Of a DNA stretch of 64,000 bases, positions 1-10,395 are shown one piece after another (within the stretch, counting starts at the first letter, position 1; every line of letters starts with the position of its first letter). Both the position numbers and the translations under genes were made by a program. The stretch lies in NCBI GenBank assembly GCA_963746845.1, contig CAVVCZ010000009.1, positions 41,909 through 105,908 of the forward strand, in the 5' to 3' direction. A model generated the notes under the pieces. The model made no database searches. It was not told the origin of the DNA and saw only the letters and a list, made by a program, of their open reading frames with translations. The stretch is from an uncultured Chloroflexia bacterium. Lineage in GTDB: Bacteria; Chloroflexota; Limnocylindria; Limnocylindrales; CSP1-4.

Positions 1-53
1 CGGGCGACGGCACCCGCGTCGAGGTCAGCCTGCCGGCACGCGCTCCGGACTGA
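1..53 (+). CDS. 3' end of a probable sensor histidine kinase (HATPase_c C-terminus), truncated by the window edge
   Basis: Frame from nt 3 reads GDGTRVEVSLPARAPD*, resembling the G2-box end (GxGTxVxVxLP) of NarX/DesK-type kinases; only 16 aa visible. Confidence 0.55.
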   Translation, partial: GDGTRVEVSLPARAPD

Positions 54-58
54 GACAC

Positions 59-303
59 GGCCAGATCGTCGTCAGGTGTCGGTTACGAGCCGGCTTGGCC
101 GAATCGCATGCCAGATCGGCGCCCCGTGACGACAAGGCGGCGTAGGACGGCGGATTCGAGGGCTGTCCGGACCGCTTCGTGCGGGGATCCGCTGCCGGAG
201 GGTCACGAATCGTCTTCGAGTGTGCCGAGTCGACACGGGCTGACGATCTGTCACCCAATCGCGGGTGTTTCGCGTGTAGTCGTCACTCCACGTCGATCTG
301 TCA
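59..303. repeat. Intergenic element of four imperfect 25-bp repeats (two forward, two reverse; 50-bp spacing), REP/BIME- or MITE-like
   Basis: Consensus TGNCAGATCGNCNNNNNGTGNCGAC at 59-83(+), 109-133(+), 229-253(-), 279-303(-). Confidence 0.65.
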
Positions 304-338
304 GGAGTCGACGATCGGCGAGGCGAGCGGGAACGGGC

Positions 339-1334
339 TCAGGTCCGGGCGAGACCCCGACGGCGGATCTCGGCCGAGATCGCGGGCACGACCGTGTGGA
401 GGTCGCCGATCACCGCATAGTCGGCGACGCCCATGATCGGAGACTCCGCGTCCGTGTTGATCGCAAGGATGTGTTTCGCTGCCTTGCAGCCGACGATGTG
501 CTGGATCGCGCCGCTGATGCCACAGGCGATGTAGAGATCCGGTGCGATCCGCAGGCCCGTCTGGCCGATCTGGTCGCTGTGCGGACGCCAGCCCGCGCTC
601 GTGACGACGCGCGACCCGCCGACCGCGCCGCCGAGCAGCCCGGCCAGCTCCTCCAGGTCCCCGAACCCCTCGGTGCTGCCGACGCCGCGACCGCCGCCGA
701 CGACAACCCTGGCGTCGGTCAGCGAGATCCGCCCGCGCTCCGACGCCTCGCGGCTCGTGACATGGACCGCCAGGTCGGCCGGGGCCAGGGTCACGGCGGC
801 CGCCTCGACGGCCGGCGCCGGCGACGCGTCGGCCTCCGAAACCGCGACGGTGTTCGGTGCCACCGTCAGGAGCGCGGTCGTCGCGTCGAGCCAGCAGTCC
901 TCGATCAGGCTGCCGGCCCAGCGCTGTCGGCTGAGGCGCCAGCGCTCGCCGGGCTCGACGGCGAGGACATTCGCGGCCATGGGCTGGCCGAGCCGCGCCG
1001 CCACGCGCGCGAGCAGGTCGTTGCCGCGCTCGGTCCCGGTCCCGACGACCGCCGATGCGCCGCGCACCGCAGCGACCTGGGCGATGGCCGCTGCCCAGCC
1101 GTCCGGGTGGTCCGTCGTCAACGCCGCGTCCTCGACGACGATCGCCGTCGCGACCCCGCGACCTGCCAGCGCTCCGGCCGCCACGCGACCGGCCGCGCCA
1201 TCGGCAATGACGACGGCCTCGACGACGGACCGTGTCGCCGCCGCGATCCCGCGAGCGATCGCGACTGCCTCCAGCGAGCCGCGGTCCAGCGCGCCTTCAA
1301 TTGGCGTCACCAGGGCGAGGACGGGTCCGCTCAT
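339..1334 (-). CDS. etfA: Electron transfer flavoprotein alpha subunit (EtfA/FixB)
   Basis: C-terminal motifs VVGGGRG, QIGQTG, LYIACGISGAIQH, AINTD; ATG at 1334 overlaps the etfB stop (ATGA). Confidence 0.95.
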   Translation of the reverse strand: MSGPVLALVTPIEGALDRGSLEAVAIARGIAAATRSVVEAVVIADGAAGRVAAGALAGRGVATAIVVEDAALTTDHPDGWAAAIAQVAAVRGASAVVGTGTERGNDLLARVAARLGQPMAANVLAVEPGERWRLSRQRWAGSLIEDCWLDATTALLTVAPNTVAVSEADASPAPAVEAAAVTLAPADLAVHVTSREASERGRISLTDARVVVGGGRGVGSTEGFGDLEELAGLLGGAVGGSRVVTSAGWRPHSDQIGQTGLRIAPDLYIACGISGAIQHIVGCKAAKHILAINTDAESPIMGVADYAVIGDLHTVVPAISAEIRRRGLART

Positions 1335-2104
1335 CCGTCCAGCACCCCGATCTTCACGAGCATCTCGACGACCGCCGGTGCCGCCTCCGCGCCCTGCCCG
1401 AGGACCGTCGCGGTCGTGACCTCCTCCTGGGGCAGACGGAGGACGATCTTCTCGAGCCCGCCGGGCGCCCACGCGGGAGTCGACCGCTCGACCTCCTTCT
1501 TCTTCGCCCGGAGCCGGCCCGGGACGGACGGATAGCGCGGGAGGTTGATGCCCTCCTTGACGGACACGACGGCCGGCATCGGCAGCTCGAACGATTCCCA
1601 GCCGCCCCCGACCGCCTCCCGCCGGGCGGTCGCGGTCCCGTCGGCCAGACGGATCGCCTTCGCCCCGGTCACGCATGGCCGGCCGAGCGCGGCCGCCACC
1701 CGGATCCCGACCTGGAAGCCGCCGCTGTCGGCGGACTCGTTGCCGAAGAGGATCAGGTCGAACGGGCCGGCGGCCGCCTCCTGCGCGCGGATCGACGCGA
1801 CGATCGCCTCGGCCGTCGCGACCGGGTCCCAGTCCCGTCCGTCGGTCTCGAGCAGGACCGCCCGCTCGATCCCGATCGCCATCGCGTCGCGGAGCTGCTC
1901 CTCGGCCTCGGCGGGACCCAGGGTCAGCACCGTCGTCGTGCCGCCCTGCGCCTCGACGATCCGGACGGCCTCCTCGACCGCGCACTCCTCGTGCGGGCTG
2001 ATCGTGAACCCGAGATAGCGGGTGTCGATGTCGGAGCCGTCCGGGGTGAGAACGATCCGCCCGCCCGTCGCGGGGACGCGCTTGACGCAGACGAGGATGT
2101 TCAC
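1331..2104 (-). CDS. etfB: Electron transfer flavoprotein beta subunit (EtfB/FixA)
   Basis: GTG start reading (V)NILVCVKRVP; motifs EEAVRI, GNESAD, INLPRYP. Confidence 0.95.
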   Translation of the reverse strand: MNILVCVKRVPATGGRIVLTPDGSDIDTRYLGFTISPHEECAVEEAVRIVEAQGGTTTVLTLGPAEAEEQLRDAMAIGIERAVLLETDGRDWDPVATAEAIVASIRAQEAAAGPFDLILFGNESADSGGFQVGIRVAAALGRPCVTGAKAIRLADGTATARREAVGGGWESFELPMPAVVSVKEGINLPRYPSVPGRLRAKKKEVERSTPAWAPGGLEKIVLRLPQEEVTTATVLGQGAEAAPAVVEMLVKIGVLDG

Positions 2105-2111
2105 CGGCGCC

Positions 2112-4634
2112 TCAGGACCGGATCCGGCTGTTCTCGGGGTCGAACAACGGGGTGGCGCCGGCAACGGCGACGGAGACCGGATAGCGCTCGCCGAAATACT
2201 CGACCGCGAGCTTCGTCCCTTCGACCGCCTGCGCGGGCGGCAGGTACGCCATGAGCAGATGCTTCCCGACCGACGGGCCGGACCCGGCGCTCGTCACATA
2301 CGAGCGGCGGCCCCTGGCGTCGACGAGCGGCTCGCCGTCCGGCGTCAGGATCGGCTCGCGCCCGAGCATGTAGCGCTTCACGCCCGTCGACGAGGTCGGA
2401 TCGTCGACGGTCAGGGTGCACAGGACCGCGGCCGGCGCCTCGGCCCGCTGGCGCTCGTAGGCGGTGCGCCCGACGAAGTCGGCGTCCTTCAGCGTCGGCC
2501 GAGCCATGCCGGCCTCGACGAGGTCGAAGTCCAGCTCGAGCTCCGCGCCGTGGGCCCGATAGCCCTTCTCGAGACGGGAGGTGACGGCGTACGTCCCGAT
2601 CCCGACGGCCGCCAGGCCGTGCTCCCCGCCGGCGCGCCAGAGCGCGTCCCAGACCCGCAGCCCCTGCTCGATCGGGACGTAGATCTCCCAGCCGAGCTCG
2701 CCGACATAGCTGATCCGCGACGCGAGCGTCCTGACGCCATCGATGTCGACGGTCTTCGAGCTGAGGAACGGGAAGCCCTTGTGGCTGATGTCGACACTCC
2801 CGTCGGCGGCCGCGCCGAGGATGTCGCGGGCCCGCGGGCCCCACAGCCCGAACGTCGTGAAGGCGTTCGTGACGTCGTGGAGCTGGGCGGTCCCGTCCCC
2901 GGGCATGGCGTCCTCGAAGATCTTCCGGTCGCGCATGCCCATGCCGCCGCCGGTCACGACCCGGAACCGCTCGTCGCCGAGGCGCATGATCGTGAGGTCC
3001 GCGAGGATCCCGCCGGCGGGGTTGAGGAGCGGGGTGTAGACGGTTCGGCCGACCGCCACGTCGACCTTGTTCACGCACAGCCGCTCGAGGGCCGCGAGGG
3101 CGCCCGGCCCGGTGACGTCGAAGATCGCGAACGCCGACAGGTCGACCAGGCCGGCCCGGTCGCGCATCGCGAGATGCTCGGCGTTGATGATCGGCGACCA
3201 CCAGCGCGACTCCCACTCCGCCTGGCGCGGCATGACCAGATCGCCGTACTCGCCCAGCAGCCGCTCGTTCGTGCCGTACCAGAACGGCCGCTCCCAGCCG
3301 GCGGCCTCGAAGAAGACCGCGCCGAGCTCGACGTGGCGGTCGTACGCGGGCGAGAGCCGGATCGGCCGGTTCGAGGCCCACTGCTCCATCGGGTGGACGA
3401 TGCCGTAGGTCTTGTTGTAGCCCTCGATCGCGCGGGCGGCGATGTGCTGGGCCGTCTTGTGATGGTCGTAGAAGCGGGCGATGTCCGAGCCGTGCGGATC
3501 GATCTCCGGCTCGTCGTTCGTCATCCACTCGGCGACGGTCTTGGCGATCCCCGGCGCCTCCTTGATCCAGACCGCCGCCACGGACCAGAGGTTCTTGACC
3601 TCCGGCGTCTCGCCGATGATCGGGTTGCCGTCCGGCGTCAGCGACAACAGGCCGTTGATCGCGAGCTTCACCCCGGCCCGCTCGTCGCCGACGATCTCCG
3701 GGAACAGCTCGAGCGAGTCCTCCAGCTGCGGGTCGAAGTCCTCCTGCGTGAACGGCAGCATCGTCGGGGACAGGGCGGACGCCGCGATCGACGGGATGTC
3801 GTCGGCATCCATCAGGATGGCCCGGTGGGCGTACGAGCCGATCTCGAAGCCCGTCCCGTGCTGCCGCTCGTACATGTTCGTGTCCATGTCCCGGATGATC
3901 GGGAAGCCGACGTCCCCGGTCGTGTGCTCGAACCGCTCGACCGGCCCGATGTCGATCATCTGGTGGACCGCAGGCGTCAGCGGGATCGAGGCGCCGGCCA
4001 TCTTCGCGATCCGCGGGCTCCAGACGCCGCAGGCGATCACGACGACCTCCGATTCGATCGTCCCGGCGTCCGTGTGGACGCGGCGGACCTTGCCGCCCTC
4101 GACGTCGACCCCGGTGACCTCGACACCGCTGGCGACCGTCAGGGCGCCCAGCTCCTGGGCCTTCTGGCGCATCAGGGTCCCCGCCTGGAGCGAATCGACG
4201 ACGCCGACGGCCGGCGTGTAGAAGCCGCCGAGGATCACGGTCTCGTCGATGAACGGGATGAACGCCTTGACCTCGGCCGGGGTCAGCAGCCGTGCCTCGA
4301 CGCCCCACGACGTCGACGACGCCATCCGGCGCTTCAGCTCCTCCATCCGCTCGGGCGTCCGGGCGACCTCGATGCCGCCGGTCTCGCTGTAGACGCCGAG
4401 CTCGCGGTACTGGCGGGCGCTCTCCAGCGTGAACGCCGCCATCTCCTTGCTGTGGTCGGTGAGGAAGATGAAGTTCGAGGCGTGGCCGGTCGAGCCGCCC
4501 GGGTTCGGCAGGACCCCCTTCTCGACGAGGACGATGTCGCGCCAGCCCAGGCGGGCGAGGTGCCAGGCCATGCTGTTGCCGACGATGCCGGCACCGATGA
4601 TGACGACGCGTGCCTGCGTCGGGACCGAACTCAT
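2112..4634 (-). CDS. GcvT-family FAD-dependent oxidoreductase (dimethylglycine/sarcosine dehydrogenase-like)
   Basis: Rossmann IIGAGIVG, GSTGHAS flavin-attachment-like motif, GWERP and SYVGELGWE, RLEKGYR folate-binding GcvT domain; start MSSVPTQARV. Confidence 0.92.
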   Translation of the reverse strand: MSSVPTQARVVIIGAGIVGNSMAWHLARLGWRDIVLVEKGVLPNPGGSTGHASNFIFLTDHSKEMAAFTLESARQYRELGVYSETGGIEVARTPERMEELKRRMASSTSWGVEARLLTPAEVKAFIPFIDETVILGGFYTPAVGVVDSLQAGTLMRQKAQELGALTVASGVEVTGVDVEGGKVRRVHTDAGTIESEVVVIACGVWSPRIAKMAGASIPLTPAVHQMIDIGPVERFEHTTGDVGFPIIRDMDTNMYERQHGTGFEIGSYAHRAILMDADDIPSIAASALSPTMLPFTQEDFDPQLEDSLELFPEIVGDERAGVKLAINGLLSLTPDGNPIIGETPEVKNLWSVAAVWIKEAPGIAKTVAEWMTNDEPEIDPHGSDIARFYDHHKTAQHIAARAIEGYNKTYGIVHPMEQWASNRPIRLSPAYDRHVELGAVFFEAAGWERPFWYGTNERLLGEYGDLVMPRQAEWESRWWSPIINAEHLAMRDRAGLVDLSAFAIFDVTGPGALAALERLCVNKVDVAVGRTVYTPLLNPAGGILADLTIMRLGDERFRVVTGGGMGMRDRKIFEDAMPGDGTAQLHDVTNAFTTFGLWGPRARDILGAAADGSVDISHKGFPFLSSKTVDIDGVRTLASRISYVGELGWEIYVPIEQGLRVWDALWRAGGEHGLAAVGIGTYAVTSRLEKGYRAHGAELELDFDLVEAGMARPTLKDADFVGRTAYERQRAEAPAAVLCTLTVDDPTSSTGVKRYMLGREPILTPDGEPLVDARGRRSYVTSAGSGPSVGKHLLMAYLPPAQAVEGTKLAVEYFGERYPVSVAVAGATPLFDPENSRIRS

Positions 4635-4668
4635 CTCGCGTCTCCGCCGTGGTGGATCGGGGTGGCCC

Positions 4669-4714
4669 ATCGTAGCGCCCGCGACCTGTCCCCCGCGGGC
4701 GTGTTGGTGTACCG
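4669..4714. promoter_or_regulatory. Compact divergent promoter pair with a central GC inverted repeat
   Basis: TACGAT on - (4669-4674), TACCGT on + (4709-4714), CGCCCGCG/CGCGGGCG inverted repeat between them. Confidence 0.45.
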
Positions 4715-4753
4715 TCGCCCGCACGTCGCGCTGCACCGATCAGGAGCCTGCCC

Positions 4754-6001
4754 GTGACCACCGTCGCCGAGCCCGGCACCGTCGTCTCCGGCACATCCAC
4801 GGTTGCCTCAGAGGCGAAGTCCGTCGAGCCGACGATCTCGGTCGTCGGTCTGTGGAAGGTGTTCGGAGCGGCCGAGCCGCAGCTGACCGACCGATATCCC
4901 ACGACCCCGTCCCGCGAGGTGATCGAAAAGGACGTCGAGGAGTACGGCGGCACGATCGCGGTCGATAACGTCTCGTTCGACATCAAGCCGGGCGAGGTCT
5001 TCGTCGTCATGGGCCTGTCGGGCAGTGGCAAGAGCACGCTGGTCCGATGCCTGACTCGGCTGATCGAGCCGACCTTCGGAGAGGTCCGCTTCGACGGCGA
5101 GGACGTCAGGAAGGCAAGCGCCGAGCGGCTGCGCGAGCTCCGCCGCCGACGGTTCTCGATGGTCTTCCAGAACTTCGGCCTGTTGCCGCACCGGCGCGTC
5201 CTGGAGAACATCGCGTTCGGGCTGGAGCTCCGCGGGGAGAAGAAGTCGAGCCGCCTGGAGAGAGCGCGGCAGATGCTCGAGCTGGTCGGCATGAAGGGGA
5301 TGGGCGATCGCTATCCGGACGAGCTGTCCGGCGGGCAGCAGCAGCGTGTCGGGTTGGCGCGCGCGCTCGCGGGTGACCCCGAGGTCATGCTCCTGGACGA
5401 GCCGTTCAGCGCCCTCGACCCCCTGATCCGCCGCGACATGCAGAACGAGATCATCCGGCTCCATCGCGAGCTCGGGAAGACGATGGTCTTCATCACCCAT
5501 GACCTCGCAGAGGCCCTGAAGCTCGGAGATCACGTCCTGATCATGCGCAACGGCAAGGTGATCCAGATCGGATCGCCGGAGGAGCTCGTTGCGCGGCCCG
5601 CCGATGCCTATGTCGAGGACTTTGTCCGGGACATCGCGAAGAGCCACGTCCTGACGCTGCGCTGGATCATGCGCGACCCGATGCCGGACGATCCGCTCGA
5701 CGGACCGGCCTTTCCGCCGGACACGATCATCCGGAACGCCCTCCACGCTTCGGCCGCGACCGAGAAGCCGATCCGCGTCATTGACGGCGACCGGCTCGTG
5801 GGCATCGTCGATCGTGCCCGGATCCTCGAGTCCGTGGCAGGCGGCGAGGAGACGCGGGGCATCGACCACACGGACGGGATCGCCGGGCCCCCGCCATCGG
5901 CGGCGTCCGTGGGCATCGGGGTGGACGATCCATTCGACGCCAGTGCGGAGTACCTGGCCGACGCGGTCGTGAATCGGCAGTCGCCGCCCCCTGCCCCATG
6001 A
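4754..6001 (+). CDS. proV: Glycine betaine/proline/choline ABC transporter ATP-binding subunit (ProV/OpuAA family)
   Basis: Walker [41 protein letters not shown]; degenerate CBS-like tail; GGAG SD. Confidence 0.92.
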   Translation: MTTVAEPGTVVSGTSTVASEAKSVEPTISVVGLWKVFGAAEPQLTDRYPTTPSREVIEKDVEEYGGTIAVDNVSFDIKPGEVFVVMGLSGSGKSTLVRCLTRLIEPTFGEVRFDGEDVRKASAERLRELRRRRFSMVFQNFGLLPHRRVLENIAFGLELRGEKKSSRLERARQMLELVGMKGMGDRYPDELSGGQQQRVGLARALAGDPEVMLLDEPFSALDPLIRRDMQNEIIRLHRELGKTMVFITHDLAEALKLGDHVLIMRNGKVIQIGSPEELVARPADAYVEDFVRDIAKSHVLTLRWIMRDPMPDDPLDGPAFPPDTIIRNALHASAATEKPIRVIDGDRLVGIVDRARILESVAGGEETRGIDHTDGIAGPPPSAASVGIGVDDPFDASAEYLADAVVNRQSPPPAP

Positions 6002-7947
6002 CCGCGGTCGGCCTGCCCGCACGTGCGAGCCTCGACCCACGCACGATCCGGCGCGTCGGCCTCGCGGTCATGGTCGCGCTGGCGATCCTGCTGTTCCTCG
6101 TCTTTCGCGGGACCTGGACGCTTCCGGCAGACTCGGAATGGCCGGTCTTTGGGGCCCTGACGCAGGTCCGCGACCAGATCCGCGACGATCGACCCCCGGT
6201 CCTCGAGGCCATCGGGGCCATCCGCTTCCCGATCCGATCCCTCACGGAGGGGCTGATCGGCGCGCTGGACTACATCGGCTGGCTCGGCATCGTCGGGATC
6301 GGTGTGACGCTCGGCTGGCTCAGCGGCGGCTGGAAGCTCGCGCTGCTCGTCTTCAGCGGGCTCATGGTCCTCGGCGCGCTCGGTCTCTGGGAGCTGAGCA
6401 TGGCGACCCTCGGGCTGACGCTGTCGGCCGTGATCATCTCGCTCGCGATCGGAATCCCGGTCGGGATCATCGCGGCCCGCAACAACCGCGTCCAGGCTGT
6501 GATCAACCCGATCCTCGACTTCATGCAGATCATGCCAACGTTCGCCTACCTCGCGCCGCTCGCCCTGATCTTCGGGATCGGCCTGGGGTCGGCGGTGATC
6601 CTGACCTTCATCTACGCGGTGCCCGCAGCCATCCGCATCACGTCGCTGGGGATCCGGCGCGTGCCGGCCTCGACCATCGAGGCGGCGCGATCGCTTGGCG
6701 CGACGAACTGGCAGGTGCTCCGGAAGGTCCAGCTGCCCCTGTCCCGCCGGGTCCTCGGCCTGGCTGTCAACCAGACGATCATGCTGGCCCTCGGGATGGT
6801 CGTCATCGCCGTCCTCGTCGACGCTCCGGGGCTTGGCGTGCCGATCTACCGCGCTCTGACCCAGGGCAATGTCGGAGTCGCGTTCGAGGCGGGGCTTGCG
6901 ATCGTGATCCTCGCGATCCTCCTCGACCGGCTGACCGAGCAGGCGAGCGCGGCGCTGGATGCCCGGCCCGAGCCCGGCAAGCACGTCGATCGTGCGACCG
7001 AGGGACGCCGACGCCGGAACCGGCTGATCGTGGCGACCGGGATCATTGTGGTGTCCGTCGGGATCAGCCTCCAGATCGACCCGAATTTCCCGAACGCCAT
7101 CGATCTGACATTCGCCCAGCCGATCAACACCGTCGTGGGCTGGATCAAGTCGAACCTGTCTGCCGTCACCGAAGGCATTCGCACGGTGTTCACGGTCGTC
7201 CTGATCAACCCCCTCCAGGAGATCCTGACGACCAGCCCCTGGTGGCTCGTCATTGCGACGATCGCCGGCATCGCCGTGTTCATCTCGGGGATGCGTGCAG
7301 CGATGGTGGCCCTCCTCGCCCTGCTCGCCATCGCCGCGCTCGGACTCTGGGAGGACGCGATGGTGACGTTGACCAGCGTCCTCGTCGCGATCCTCCTGAC
7401 GCTCGCGACCGGCGTCCTCGTCGGCATCCTGTGCGCCCGGAGCAACCGGATGTCCGCCGGGATCCGGCCGTTCCTGGACTTCGCTCAGACGATGCCGGCG
7501 CTCGTCTACCTGATCCCGGCGCTTGCGCTCTTCGGGCCGACCCGGTTCACCGCGATCGTGGCGGCGCTGATCTACGCCGTTCCGCCGGTGGTTCGGCTGG
7601 TCGAGGCGGGGTTGCGCGCCGTGCCTCCCACGCTCGTCGAGGCGTCAACCGCCTTTGGCGCGACCGAGCGGCAGGTGCTGTACAAGGTTCGCCTCCCGGT
7701 CTCGGCGCCCGCGCTCCTCCTCGCCGCGAACCAGGGCATCGTGATGGTCCTCGCCATGGTGGTCGTCGGAGCACTGGTCGGTGCGGGCGCGCTCGGGTAC
7801 GACGTGCTCGCCGGCCTCGCCCAGAGCGAGGATTTCGGCAAGGGGTTCGCGGCGGCGGTGGCGATCGTTCTCCTCGGCATCATGCTCGACCGGATCACGC
7901 AGGGAGCCGTGGCACAGCGGCGGGACCTGCGGCTAGCAGGTGGCTGA
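5998..7947 (+). CDS. proW: Glycine betaine ABC transporter permease with duplicated ProW domains
   Basis: Two repeats of LDF(M/A)Q(I/T)MP..YL.P, EAA-like loops and LDR(L/I)T motifs; many TM helices; ATGA overlap. Confidence 0.92.
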   Translation: MTAVGLPARASLDPRTIRRVGLAVMVALAILLFLVFRGTWTLPADSEWPVFGALTQVRDQIRDDRPPVLEAIGAIRFPIRSLTEGLIGALDYIGWLGIVGIGVTLGWLSGGWKLALLVFSGLMVLGALGLWELSMATLGLTLSAVIISLAIGIPVGIIAARNNRVQAVINPILDFMQIMPTFAYLAPLALIFGIGLGSAVILTFIYAVPAAIRITSLGIRRVPASTIEAARSLGATNWQVLRKVQLPLSRRVLGLAVNQTIMLALGMVVIAVLVDAPGLGVPIYRALTQGNVGVAFEAGLAIVILAILLDRLTEQASAALDARPEPGKHVDRATEGRRRRNRLIVATGIIVVSVGISLQIDPNFPNAIDLTFAQPINTVVGWIKSNLSAVTEGIRTVFTVVLINPLQEILTTSPWWLVIATIAGIAVFISGMRAAMVALLALLAIAALGLWEDAMVTLTSVLVAILLTLATGVLVGILCARSNRMSAGIRPFLDFAQTMPALVYLIPALALFGPTRFTAIVAALIYAVPPVVRLVEAGLRAVPPTLVEASTAFGATERQVLYKVRLPVSAPALLLAANQGIVMVLAMVVVGALVGAGALGYDVLAGLAQSEDFGKGFAAAVAIVLLGIMLDRITQGAVAQRRDLRLAGG

Positions 7948-8106
7948 ACGTCCGGGGGACAGCCGACGCAACGCAGTTGCGCGGGAGTTGCCGCGATGGC
8001 GCATCATGCGCGCGCACACCGCGGCGCGGGCAACGTGCCCGGACGCCGGGCCGCGCCTGCCGAACGGGACCGACAGGCGAGCCGGGGGGAGTACGAGGAG
8101 GACAAC

Positions 8107-9133
8107 GTGAGGAGAACGAGCAGTCCGCGCCTACGGGTCGCTGCCCTCGCCGCGATGGCGGCCATCGCCTTCTCGGCGTGCAGTGGCCGCGGCGGAGCGA
8201 CGACTGAACCGGCCGCGAGCACGGGCTCCGCCCCGAGCGGGGCCGCATCAAGCGGGGCCGCTCCGAGCACGGCCGCCGGCGGCGGCACGATGAACCTTGC
8301 GATCAACCCTTGGGTCGGCTACGAGGCGGACGCTGCGGTGGTCGGCTATCTCGCGAAGAGCAAGCTCGGGGCCACCGTTAACGAGAAGAACCTGAAGGAG
8401 GAGATCTCCTGGCAGGGCTTCGAGAGCGGCGACGTCGACGTGATCCTCGAGAACTGGGGCCACGCCGACCTGGCCAAGACGTACATCGACGACAAGAAGG
8501 TCGCGCTGGACGCCGGGCCGACAGGGAACAAGGGCATCATCGGCTGGTACGTCCCGCCGTGGCTCGCCACGGCGCACCCGGACATCCTGGACTGGAACAA
8601 CCTGAACAAGTACGCCGATCAGTTCAAGACGACGGAGTCCGGCAACAAGGGTCAGCTCCTCGATGGCGACCCGAGCTACGTCACCAACGACGAAGCGCTG
8701 GTGTCGAACCTCAAGCTCAACTACAAGGTCGTCTACGCCGGCAGCGAGAACGCGCTCATCGAGGCATTCCGCCAGGCGGAGCAGCAGAAGAAGTGGGTGA
8801 TCGGCTACTTCTACGAGCCGCAGTGGTTCCTCGCCGAGGTGCCGCTCGTCCGGGTCAAGCTGCCGGCCTACACGGCCGGCTGCGATGCCGACCCGAAGAA
8901 GGTCGCCTGCGATTACCCGGACTACATCCTCAACAAGGTCGTCAGCAAGAAGTTCTGCCGACACTGGCGGGGGCCTCTGGACGTTCGTGAAGAACTTCAG
9001 CTGGACAACGAGGACCAGAACTCGGTCGCGGCCTCGATCAACGGCGGGATGTCGCACGACGACGCCGCCAAGCAGTGGATCGACGCGCATCCCGACGTGG
9101 CCGGCGTGGATCCCCGCGTCGCTAGATCGATGA
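8107..9133 (+). CDS. proX: Glycine betaine ABC substrate-binding lipoprotein (ProX/OpuAC family); 3' end frameshifted
   Basis: GAGGAGG SD, GTG start, lipobox FSAC, NPWVGY, ENWGH, GWYVP, YFYEPQW; C-terminus split over frames near 8956, 9006 and 9097. Confidence 0.85.
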
Positions 9134-10384
9134 GGATGTCGGGCATCGCGGCCGAACGGCCCGGTGCCCGACGACGAGCGCTCCGGCGGGCGGTCATCCG
9201 CCGCCGTAGCGGTCGGGTCGCGCCCATTCGGGCCCTCGCCGTCGTCGGCCTCGCGTTCGCGGTCGCGTCCTGTGGCCCGAACAGGCGGCACATCCGTCGC
9301 GGGGCGCTTCGGCGACGGGCGCGAGCGCTGCCCAGCGATGCCGGTGCGCCGTCGGCCCTTCCGTCCGGCACGCTTGCTGGCCTTGTCGCAGCCGCCCGGC
9401 AGGAGGGCGCGCTGACGACGATCGGCCTGTCTCCCGGATCGGTGCAACTACGACGAGGCCATCGCGACCTTCGAGTCGAAGTACCAGATCAAGGTCGAGC
9501 AGCTTGCCCCGGATGCGACCGCGGCCGATCAGGTCGAAGCCATCCGGAGCGGCAGGGACCATCCCGAGGCACCGGTGCCTGATGTCATCGATGTCGACGC
9601 GGCGGTGGCGGACCAGGCGCGCATCGACGGGTTGCTCGACCCATACCGCGTCGCGACCTGGGACGACATCCCGACGCCGGCCAGGGACTCCGACGGTTTC
9701 TGGTATGGCGGCTATTACGGCGTCATCGCCTTCGAGTCGAACGCCAGCGCGGTGCCGCAACCGCCGCAGGACTGGGCCCGTCTGCTCGACTCGACGCACC
9801 GCGGCCAGGTCGCCCTCGCCGGCGATCCGCGCGCCGACGCGGAGGCCACCCAGAGCGTCTACGCGGCGAGCCTGGCACAGCCCGGTGGGTCGCTCGACCG
9901 GGCCCAGCCAGGTCTCGTCTACTTCCGGAAGCTGGCTGACGCGGGGAACCTGCTGCCGAAGGCCGCCACTTCGGCGACGGTCGGCGACGGCTCGACGCCG
10001 ATCGCGATCCGCTGGTCGAGCCTCGCCCTTGCCGACCAACGGAGCGGTCCGGGTTCGCCGACGGTCGACGTCGGGATCCCGGAGCACGGCCGCCTCGCCG
10101 GCTACGACGCCCAGGCGATCAGCGCCTCCGCCCGTCATCCGAACGCCGCGCGACTGTGGATGGAGTTCCTGTTCAGTGACGAGGGCCAGATCATCTGGCT
10201 GGAAGGCGACTGCAACCCGATCCGGTTCGAGGCGATGCAGCAGGCGGATGCCATCCCCACCGATCTCCTCGCCCGGGTCCCCGACAGCTCCGGCGCGGTC
10301 TTCCCGACCCATGCCCAGCTCGAGTCCGCGTCGAAGGTGATCCATGCCGGCTGGGACACGGTCGTCGGGGTCGACATCAAGTAG
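9130..10384 (+). CDS. ABC substrate-binding lipoprotein (Fe3+/polyamine/thiamine SBP family), frameshifted near 9436; start uncertain
   Basis: Lipobox VASC (~9262-9273), AARQEGALTTIGL then a shift into the 9575 frame (CNYDEAI...PDVIDV...HPNAARLWMEFLFSDEGQ). Confidence 0.75.
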
Positions 10385-10395
10385 CGCCTGAGTTC

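Noticed and set aside
59-303. CRISPR array
   Set aside because: Only two copies per orientation, repeats degenerate and inverted, no cas genes or leader.
7996-9582. 528-aa ProX fusion protein
   Set aside because: A chimera produced by indels that joins ProX to the N-terminus of the next SBP gene.
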